DNA of 64,000 nucleotides from positions 29,952,437 through 30,016,436 of the forward strand of contig NC_092672.1 in assembly GCF_964355755.1 (NCBI RefSeq), in the 5' to 3' direction. The DNA comes from Antedon mediterranea. Its lineage: Eukaryota; Animalia; Echinodermata. Within the stretch, counting starts at the first letter, position 1, and every line of letters starts with the position of its first letter. Both the position numbers and the translations under genes were made by a program. The notes below the pieces were generated by a model. The model ran no database searches and was not told where the DNA came from. It saw only the letters and a program-made list of their open reading frames with translations. This document shows, piece after piece, positions 37,270 to 49,200 of this stretch.

Positions 37270-40200
37270 AGTTTGTTGTTGCATTCAATGCTTTCTGTCA
37301 ATTTTATTTTGTAATCATATGTATTGCTGTTATTCTATAGTTCACTGAAACTGCGTTAAATGGCAATGAAGTAGAAGCGACAGTCACAACCGAGATTGAT
37401 GGAGCTGTGACATTGTCACCAATCCCAGGAGACTACTTGAGGACTCCTCATTGGACCCCTCAGGTATGTAGTAATTGAATGTCGAGTCGAATGGCCAAGC
37501 AGTTAAGACAGGGGAATTTCAACAGGCTTAAAGATGTATTGTCCTCCAAAAAATTGAAAAATGAAGATTAATAAAATCAGAATTTGAATAGATTATTTTG
37601 TAGTTTCAATAAAGTTAATCACTTTTGTAGAAAAAAAAATGGAAAAAATAATGTTTTCACTTATAAAATGACAAAATAAATGGTTAAATTAAAATTTGAC
37701 TATTTTTTGCTTTAAATTACAGTTTTTTAGGTAAATACATTTTTTTTTGATCCAATTTTTGGTCAAAGTGGATAACTATTATTTTACATTGCATATTCAA
37801 AATTGTTTAAGAATTATTTTTTTCATGGGGACAATACATCTTTAAGGAAATCCTTGACCATAGTTCTGGTGGTAGGAGGCGATGTCCAGTGTATACATCT
37901 GGAATTGTTTACAAGTTATCTAGTCCAGATGTATACTGTAGCACATAAAATATGTACACTACATATATATATTGGTTAGATGTTTTGCCCTACTCTGACG
38001 TAATTTGTACTTCATACTAAGTACATTTGGGAATATTGCCGAAAAAATTTGCAAGTAGTGCCAGGGTGGGCTCGAACCCATGACCTCCAGATCACTAGCC
38101 TGGCGTTCAAACCTCTAGACCACCGAGCTTGCGCGGATGGCTAGTGGTTAGATTCGAGCCCAAATTACTTAGAGTAGAGCAAAACATCTGACCAATTAAA
38201 TTACTCAACTCCCTGACGCAAAGCTACTCCACAGTAGTTTAATACAATTACAACCCTATTAGTTTATTATAATCATGAATATTCATGAGGTACACAACTG
38301 GTGCTGTATTGTACTTTCTTGAATATATTTTGTCCAGATTTGAATGTATGTGGCATAGATCAATGAACATGATATACTAGGAGCAGTTTTATATTTAAAG
38401 TCTGTCCATATTGATGATGATTTTAATTACAATTTCAGTTTTTATTACAATTACTTTTTTAGGCTGAGGTAACAGTTAATGGTTTTATCTCCAGTTAATT
38501 ACAATTACAGTTTATATTATAATTACTTTTTTAGGTTGAGGTAACAGTTAATGGTATTATCTCCAGTTGTTCCGAGGATGACTGTGAGTTTGTACACGAT
38601 GAGGAGTATACTGCTATTATCACAGGCATAGATACTCATTCAGGTAAAGTGGCACATTTAAACACTTCTCTTGGGGCCTGTTTCCTCTGAGTCGTTAGTT
38701 GCAAAGTGATCTTTTAAAAATAAAAACAGTTTTGCAGAAAACTGCCTTTTTTGAAATTTTTCACTTGAAATAGGCCCTTAACCCTCAATCACACTAAACT
38801 TAATTTGGTCAAATTTAAATTCAAATCCGAACACTGAGGTTTAAATTAACCAAGTCCCATACTTAATTTAACCGACCATTTCCTGCCCAATAAAATTAAC
38901 CATGCAGCTAAAAGTTCAATCCGAACGTGCAGAGTCAAGTGATGGTCAAATCGTCCAATGACATTGGGTAAAGTCCAGTGCGAACAAGGCTATAGTCTCA
39001 TTTTTCCGGTCTTTGTTTCTGCTAATTTGTTACTTTTGATTGGCTGTGTAGTTATTGGTATATTTGAATAAATGTTTTTTGAAATTATTTTTATAACATG
39101 CCTTTTAAAATGTTTTTTATTTAGGATCCAACTATGACAGTACTTCGATTACGATTTCCGGAAGCGGGTTCGGTACAGATCAAAGTGATGTAGAGGTCAC
39201 TATAGATGAAGCAGTCTGCGAAATTACATCACTGACGTCATCAGAAATCATGTGTGACGTTGGAAAAAATACTGCTGGCGAATATGAGGTCAAAGTTTAT
39301 ATTGCGCCGGATGGATATGCTTTAAGTGGTGATGGTATGTTCATAATAATAATAATAATGATTTTCTGAAATGGTGGCCCAATGAGCCAAATTGCATGTA
39401 TATAATTATTAATATCACATTTCATTTATTTCACAATACTCATGATTTACAATAAATTGAGGAGCGCCCCAAAAAAAGCAAAGCTTATGAATAGATGCCT
39501 AAAAAAAATGTTTTAATAAAAAAAAAAATAATGATAGTGCAAAATTAGCATAGCAATATTTATTATTAAACATTGAATAAAAAGAGAAACTAGAGACACC
39601 ATTTTTAATAGAACTTTAACCCAGTCATATTGTGCCATTAACAGAAGTCATATGCAAATCAGTCCAGTAATTAAGTTTACTATACACCAACAAAAAGAAA
39701 AAAACCCTCCTTCCTGACCTTTGATTCTAAATCCCTGGAAAACATGTTTCATAAAAATACATATATACGAAGGACAAAACTGTATAATAATATAATAACT
39801 AAATAATGAAACTATTTTTATAGTCACTTGCACTGATGAAGGGCTAGTGTTGCCTGAAAGCTCTGCTAACTGTTCTGCCTGTTTTACTTTATCGTTTTGA
39901 TTTAGCTTTTTGCTTTTTTTTTTGTATCTCCATTGAGATCCAGCCACTGATACCCACAGAATTGTCATTTTTTTTCAGTAATTTTCCTTTGGATTTATAT
40001 TTATAATCTTATATACATTATTTTTGTATTTATATTTTTCTTGCAGTTGATGTTTCATTTAATTACACAGTTGGTTTCATTTCAATTAATCCTTCAAGTG
40101 GAAGCCCTGCCGGTTAGTATGTTTGTAAAATTGTCTTTAAAACTTTAGACACTTGAGAAAACTCTGAAAGAAGACAATTTGACCAACTTTAAGCTGTTCA

Positions 40201-43200
40201 TATTGTTGACAAATTAGTTGGCAGAGTTTTATGCTTCTGCAGAATTATGGCCTCCGGTAACTGGTGTAGACAGGCGAATCAAAGTTTGAAAAATTTGTCA
40301 ATGTTTTGTAAGTGTACCAGTTGAAAATCTCAGCCTTAAGCTCTGTCTACACTATCAAACGTTATGTGATAACAAAAATGTGATGTTCCCATATATATAT
40401 CATAACTACTATATTTGGGCATATCACTACCATATTTGGGCAAATCACACTAGTGTGAGAGTGCAGACAGAGCTTTATTGGAGGTTTTCATCTCTGGTGG
40501 CTGTGCGTTAATGAAACAAAATAGTTTGCAGAAGTTAAGCTGTGCATTTTCTTGACAAAGAGGTTTTTGAGTTCAGCGAATCAAATTTATTTATTATTTT
40601 TTTTATACAGGAGGAACAAAGGTTACAATTACTGGGTATGGGTTCAGTGATATTCCAGATGAAAACACAGTTTATATTGGTGATAATGAATGTATTGTGT
40701 CTCAAAGTACATACGATGAAATCAATTGTACAATCGGCCATCAGGAGGTATGTATGATTCTTCCTCTTTTAAATGTAAAGCTCTGTCCATGCTATCAAAT
40801 TAGTTTGACAAACAAAGTGTGACATATAATTGTAATTTCACTCTTCCCTGATACAGGTAAAATATATTATTGATGACATCATCATGTCCATATATGGGTA
40901 CATCACATTTTTTTGTAAACTAAAGTTTGATAGTGTGGACAGAGCTTTAATAAGAGAATAACCTGTGACACATGTGTAGACCACACAGGCAAACAACTTT
41001 TATCTGTTCAAAAAGATTGGTTTCCACTTGGATGCAACGCAAATGAGTTGACCAATCAGAAGCGACAGTTCCGATGATCAATTGCGTTGTAATTTGTCAA
41101 TTACTTATGGTGGGGTTGAGTTGCTTCCAATAGGAGGCAAGCTTCAGTTGTCACCAAATAAAGCGATTTCATCTACTATCGGTATAAATTATTTATATAA
41201 TATCAATTTTTTATAGCAATCGCGTCGTAGACGACGTTCATCAAACGAATTAGATATAAATATTGGTACTCGTGGTCAGGAAGTAGATGAAGAGAATGAA
41301 TTTACAGAGGAAACAATTTCAGCCACAATAGCATCACTAGCCCCAACAACAAGCTCAGTAACAGGTAAGCTAAATCAAAGCACAGTAGAACCCTTATTAA
41401 ATGAACACGGTTTTTGGCCATGGGGAGGTGCACTTGCTAAGGTTTAAAAAATCAGAACACAGGAATCTGTTACTCAGTATTGTGTACAGGCTGAAATCAA
41501 GATTAATTGTTTGATGTGGTGTTTTTAAACTTGGCAGTGGCCTCAACATGCATCTGCAGCCTAAAACCTTGATTTTGTACCGTCAAATTGCCATCATGAG
41601 AAAGTTACATCTTTGCTGCAGATCCTAACAATACACATATACCTAAATCCACTGACGGGAATGTATATCATGAACCAAATAATTGTACATAAATAATAGG
41701 AAAGTGCAAAGTTCAAAGACACTACAAGTACTCCAATGAAGTTTTCTTTCCATTTTGTTTTAACACAGGTGGCGGCGTTCTTACAATCAATGGTAATGAC
41801 TTTGGAACTGATAGTGTTGAGGTAAAGATAAACGGAAATGCATGCGTTGTTACATCTCAAACCAACACCGTCATTCAGTGTACTATTCCAGCTAATGATC
41901 CTGGAGAGTATACAGTAACAGTGACTTTACCAGCAGGTGATATAGACAGGTAAATAAATTACAATATAGCACAACTATCTATTTACCCATCCTCAAAATA
42001 ATAATACAGCTGGACTTCCTGTAAAGTGTACATCCTTGGGTCTGGAAAAATTCCTGTTAATAGTAGGTATATATTTATATTCCTTTATGTACTTAAATTT
42101 AGAGGTGTCAAGACAATGTAATAATCACCAATCACTCATAAAACCAGTATTAAGTATGTATTGTTAAGCGTGTAAACATTTTTAATAAAGTTTATAGGCC
42201 TAACATTGAATGTATATTTGATTTGTGTTTTAGAGGACTTGCGTGTTATCCTAAAATATCTGTAATTTTATTTTGATATGATCAGTTCTGAATAAAGTCA
42301 GGCATTATATCAAAATGTTGTACAGTATCATAGATTATCCTCTATTACAGCATTCTTATTTTTCTTTATTTAAATTTCAGTGATTTGACTTTAACCTATG
42401 ACCTTGAAGTGACCGGTGTGTTTCCTGACCACGGCTCTCTCCAAGGTGGCACCAAAGTATTCATTACAGGATCGGGATTTGGTACAAATGGTACGATTCT
42501 AAGCGTTGAGTTTGGCGAGACGGAATGTGAAATTACTGACGTTCAAGATGATCTGATTGAGTGCACAAGTGGTCCGTCTGGTACAACCCATCAAATAAGT
42601 AATAATGGAAAACACAAAGGTATGTAGGAGAGTCACAGTAGAACGCCTTATTATAATACTTATATATGGCTTAATGCAAAAGTAATCTAAGCGTTCCACA
42701 TCTTTACCCCGGAAATTTTTGAATCAAACTCAATCATACTCCAATAATGTTGTTGCTAGTATTCGCCACAGTTGTGTCTTGACCAGGTACCCATTTATAC
42801 ACCTGGGTGGAGAGAGGCAAACGTACATTTAAAAGTATCTTACGTAAGTACTGTATACAAGCAAAGCAACGAGTGTTAGATTCAAACTCACAATCAGAAG
42901 TCCAACGTCCAACACACGCCCCATTGATGGGAAACCTTTGACAACCAACAAAGTGTTAAAAAGTCATTGTATTCCCCCTTGTTCATTTAATAAAAAAGTG
43001 CTTCCTTAGTGATGTAGCTGCATCAAAAAAAGTTCATTATTTATCTTTTCACGAAAAAAACCATGATTTGCGTAAAGTGTATGCCTAATACTATAGGGCT
43101 TAGAGCTTAGTTAAAATTTATTTTTCCATGTCAACCTTGCAACTAGAATTTGGTGTTGAAAATAAAGTGGATGGGAACTTATTCAACCTTGTGATAAATC

Positions 43201-46200
43201 AAACGTTGTTGGCCTTTGTATTTGATATAACTTTACATTGTCTTTTCTCTCAAGATTATGGCGTTGGTTATGCTTGGACCCAACCATCATTGTCTATAAC
43301 TGCTGGTGATGTGGTTGAATGGACATGGTCTACACCAAGCCTACTTGAAGGTGTAGGTTACACTGTACAGCAAACAGCTGACGAAGCTTCAGAAACCTAC
43401 GATGGGCAAGGCTTTTATGCAGGAGCTAGCTCAAAGAAAGGTAAATGTTTTAATGTATCCCAAAATCCATTGTGCAAGTCAGTTGTTTGGATTAACCTAT
43501 ATGTATGTTATTTTTTTTTTAAATAAATTTTTAATTTTTACTAAAAGTTGCTGCAAAGCAAATTCTTTGAGAAACACGCTAAGAATGGTTTAGTGAGAGC
43601 AAAGCAAGGTTTTTTTTTATGGCAGACGGTAATTTACCAAATCGTAAAAATTGTAACATCTATCTGATATTCCTGTCTCCCTTTTCTACCGTCAAAAAAT
43701 GAAAGCAGTTGAATGGAATATCTTATGCGTTCAAAGATGGAATGTTCTATCTAACCCGTCTCAGTCACTCATGAAATATTGTAAAAAAAAATATTTATTT
43801 TTATACCAATATCCTATTTTAAATTCCTTATTTCATCAGGTTCCTTCTCGTTTACATTTTCAACTAATGGGACATTCTACTACACAAGTGGTGTCGTGAA
43901 TAGTAATGAGGATGAAGAAGATCAATTCTCCCTGCATGGTGTCATCAGGGTCGAACATCCACAATCAAAAGCACAGAACATAAAGGTGTCATTAAATGAC
44001 ATAGAAGCACTTTACGACACGTCTGCAAATCCTTCTGCTCCGACCGATAGCAGCAACTGTCCCGGAGATGATGACCTAATCACTCCTTGCAGTGATACTG
44101 AACCTGATTGCGAATCTTCTGATAAATTTTGTTTCAAGTATAGAATATGCAGCACGGCATCAATCTCAGATATTGGACCAATATCTGGTTCGACTGATAC
44201 AACTATCACCATAAGTGGCTTTGGGTTTAGCCCAAGGAATTGCGATAATGACGTCCATGTGGGATCACATGTTTGCGATGTCACCTCCAGCACCAAATCC
44301 TCAATCGAATGCACTATAGAGACAGAAGACACACTACAAGTTGGATATCTTCACGAAGTATCTGTAAATGTCAAAAACCAAGGATTGGCTTTGAATGAAA
44401 TAAAGATACCAAGAAACCAAAGCTTTTTACTTACACCAAGCATATCTGCCATCAGCCCTACTTCAGGCTCTTTAGCTGGTGGCACAGAACTAACTATAAC
44501 TGGTGATGGGTTCTCTGCCGATAATGCTGATGAAATAAGGGTTACTATTGGACAGGGCAGAACATGCGTCATTCAGACATTCACCTACACAGAAATCATC
44601 TGTACTACTCCAGCACAATGGCAAGACGAAGCTTCTTTTCCAATCGTGGTTACGATAAATTTTCAGGATTCAAACGAAGACTTTATGTTTACGTATCGTA
44701 GTAGTAAAACACCAAATGTTGTCGGACTATCACCATCAAGCATTAGTGGTTCTTCTAGTACTGTCACCTTCACCGGTAGTGGGTTTGGAACAGATGTCGG
44801 GGACATTTCTGTCACAATTGGTGACATCAATTGCGATGTTGATACTGTGTCTGATACTCAAATCACATGTAATATAGGTTATGTTCCTTTTGGAACTAAA
44901 CCAGTGAGTGTCAAACTCGATGGCAGTGGTCTGGCTAACTTTACAGATGGCACCATCTGGGCAGACAAAGTCATTGACAGTGTAAGTCCTGCTCAGGGTA
45001 GTAGATATGGAGGAACTGTGATCACCATAACTGGAAGTGGTTTTTATGAAGATTCTACTTCAGTTAGGTTTGACAATAAAAATTGCGTGGTTCAATCCGT
45101 AAACGTATCAACTATTGTCTGCATCACGGAAAACCATTCAGCTGGTACGATAGACTTCACTGTGACATCAAATGATGTACAATTTCCGGTTCAAGTAGAC
45201 GGGTATACCTACGACAATGACTATACGCCAAAGATTACAGCTGTAGCACCTTCTTCAGGAGCATCTGGAGACACTATCACGATCACCGGAACACTCTTTG
45301 GTACCAATGCAGCAAATGTTGTTGTCAAGATTGGTAATGAGGAATGTGATGTTAATTCGGTTACAGCAACTGAGATCCAGTGTGATGTGCCATCTCAACC
45401 AGCTGGTGTTTATGATGTTGACCTCACTGTCTACAATCTTGGCAGTGCTGTGACATCAACTCCACATACCTTCGCATATAACCTTACTATTACTGATATT
45501 TCACCAGACGATGGTAAGTTTTTAGCTTCCGTAAAATGTTGAAAAGAAGCCCATGGGCTTATTTTAAAAGTTTTACGGTATACGTAACTTATTTATATAC
45601 TGAATCTATTTTTTTATAAACAATAAAATAAGAAAAATCATTCTATTTTGCAAAATTCAACCCATCTCTTACACAACTTTGTAAGTTTTATGTAGCGGAA
45701 TGTTATACTGATCCATAATCACAACAAATTCTATTCAGCTGCTATTGGGTTCCTGAACATTCTTTGCCCTGTTTTTATTTATGTATTTGTGTTTCAGATA
45801 GAGCATAGTTTCTATATCTAAGTCTCTCTCTTGAAACGTTTCTATATATTTTTTATTATATACATTTATACAATAATGAATGGAAATTATGTTTCAAATG
45901 ATTTATATTTCTTTGGAGGAAAACAAACTAAAATGTTCTTAATTATTTTCTTTGTAGGTAGTTTTGCTGGAAAGAAAAACCTAACAATCACAGGCTCTGG
46001 GTTTAATGGTGACAGTTCGATGGTTACAGTTTGTGGAAATCCTTGCGAAGTTCTGTCTGGGACATTTACCTCTCTTGTCTGTTTGCTGCCAGCAAATGAA
46101 AATATTGGTAAGTTAAAGTCATAATCTATTTGAAAATAGCATAGAATTTTATAATTTTAGTTTAATTGTTACGAGAAGTAGTTTTGTATCCATCTCCAAC

Positions 46201-49200
46201 ATGTCAAGCCTTTCCTAAGGCTCTGTCACTATATCACTACCATATTTGGGAATATCACTACCATATTTGGGCTTTAGTTTGTCAACCTGTGTTTTTCTGC
46301 AACCATGTATTAAATGTGACAGCCATCGGGCCTTGTACGTTTGGTTGACAAAAATGTGTATAACATACAAACATAAAAACAGCCTAGAGTAAGTAGAGAT
46401 TTCAGACACCATTTTGGCTGCCATCCAAGATGACGTATAACGCTCAAACCTTCCCAATTCCAGTCATTTTGATACCATTTGTGTACGGATATGTCCTGTA
46501 GCATAAATTTGTGTAATAGACAATCTTTCTATGATTGTTATATTATTTTTGATGCATTTTATATTCTGTTTTGTATACGGCAGCTTCTGAACTTGCTTGT
46601 GATGTTGTGGTTAGTGTCAGTGATGACACCACGGAGACACAGTCAAATGGTTTCACATATAAACAATCGTTGACTGCGACAATAACCAGTGTTAGTCCAG
46701 CCAGAGGTGGAACTGCAGGTGGAACTGAAATCACTATTTCTGGAACAGGTTTTAAGTAAGTCCTTTATTATAACTTAAACAGTAATCAGGTAAAACTCAA
46801 CTACTACTTCATTTATATGTACAAATTCACTGGTGTTGTACAAGAAATCAAATCAAATGTTCTGAAAAAAAAAGGTTTATATTCCTAATTGTATCATTGT
46901 TCCTTATTTCATTGAATACACTTTTGTCATATCACACAAATACAACGTATAAACTCCGAAGTGGTACTGTTTGTTCGTATTCTTATTTTAGTCTTACAAA
47001 TTTCTTTCAGTGATAAATTCTAGTTCCCTGAGTTTTTACCTCATTGGAATTAGTTTGCTACTGTTGCAAAAACTAATATGGTCATTTCCTGTTTTGTGTC
47101 ATAGGTCATCTGGTAATGTGGTAACAATTGCTGGTTCTGCATGTGTTATTTCTTCTGAAACTACAACAAGTATTGTTTGCACAACCGAGGGACACGATGG
47201 TTCCATAAAAACACATGTTCGTGTAGTGACAGATAATGAAGAGAATATCGCAACACAGGTATTTTTTTCTCATAGAGATATATATATAACTCTGTAGAGG
47301 GCGATCTAGGTGTCATGAGGCGATATCCTGAGCTTGACCATCCTAAATGTTATTAAAGTATTTATGAAGACCTACTCATGACCCACAGTTGTTTAATACT
47401 GTACATTTTTTTATGAAATTGAGCGCATCAATCAACACGAATAAATAATAAAAGCTCTGTCTGTCACTATCAAACTTTATGTGATAAAAGATGTGATGTG
47501 TCCATATATGTATTTTTTAACATATCACTACCATATTTGGGCACATCACACTTTTATTAGGCTTGATAGTGTAGACAGAGCTTTAGACTGATGGTACACT
47601 TTTTATAATCAATATTAGGATAACGCTGAGTACTACTACGTGGACGTCTGGTCCTCAAGATGGACCTGGGGAGGTCATGATCCACCAATTGCTGGAGATT
47701 TTGTTATTGTTCCAGCTGGTCAAACTCTCTTACTGGACGTGACAACACCTGTACTTGCAATGCTTTTGATTCAAGGTATGACATAGATATATCCAGAAAA
47801 GTCAGTCAGTCAGTTGTATTATTATTTTAGAAACTGAAAGGGGAAATTAACTTGGATTAAAGGTGTGAATATTTATTTTAAAGTTAGTACTGAATATAGT
47901 GTCAAGTTTGTAAGATGATATCGGTACTTACATTTCCAGAGAACTTGACGTTTCGCCTACTAACAGCAAGGCATAATCATAAGTGAATACGTTCTGGTGA
48001 TGTAGCGGTGACGTTACGATGACACGGTTGAAAAGAGCCATTGTGAAGTTTACCGCTTGGAGTTATCGTAAATGTGCGTAATGCGCATTTCAACCGTGTC
48101 ACCGTAACGTCACCGCTACGTCACCAGAACGTATTCACTTATGATTATGCCTTGCTGTTAGTAGGCAAAACGTCAAGTTCTCTGGAAATATAAGTACCGA
48201 TATCATCTTACAAACTTGACACTATATTGAATCATATAGAAGTAACTTTTTATCACATTACATTTATTATGTTTGTTCAGGTGGCAGTTTCATTTTTGAT
48301 GAAGCCGATATTGAGCTACATGCCGAGAACATTCTTATAATGGATGGAGGACTGCTCCAGGTCGGTACCGAACAAGAACCATTCCAGCACAAAGCTACCA
48401 TTATGATGCATGGCCACCAGAGGTCACTAGAAATCCCTCTGTATGGTGCCAAGACTCTTGCCGTAAGAAACGGAACCTTGGATCTTCACGGTAAGAAACA
48501 AATTTTAGAAAGAACCTAATTACATATGTGACAAGTGACTGATCTAGCATAGAGCATAAGACACACTCTCTTTATCTGTAAGCCATTTAAATAAATAATA
48601 CAAATTATTTTGCTCTGGTACTTTCTCATCCGTAACTCCATCGTTTCTAAAACATACAGTACAGTTTTGTTTTCTTAAAATTGGGTCTGAACTGTTGAAT
48701 TATCTTCATACTGATATATCTACAACTTTTCAGTTAAGACAAATTGTGGGATACAGTATCATATGTGTATCACATGTGTTGCTGTATAATAGGTCATAAC
48801 CCTAAATCTTGTTCATCATAATACATTGTACATGTGCTGCACATGTGATCCTGTATACATAATTTGCCTATAAATACTTTCTTTCATCAAGATTGTATTG
48901 TTTCTTACCATGTGCAAAATTGATTGACATATTAATGATAAAATCTAATGATAAAAAATAATTGTTTTTACCTCAGGAATTCCAATACCTGTCACTTGGA
49001 CCTACCTTGCAGAAACTGCTGAAGTCGGAGCAACAACACTTGATTTGGAGAAACCTGTCTCTTGGAATGTTGGCGACCAGATTGTTATTGCATCAACCGG
49101 AGAAAGACATAGCCAGAGAGAAAACGAAATGGTTGAAATAACAGGTATTTTTCAAAAAGATTTTAACCCTATTATGGGTCACCCCTATTAAAGGAACACC

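Noticed and set aside
38058-38132. Functional tRNA-Thr gene
   Set aside because: Acceptor stem cannot form; reported only as a tRNA-like pseudo-element.
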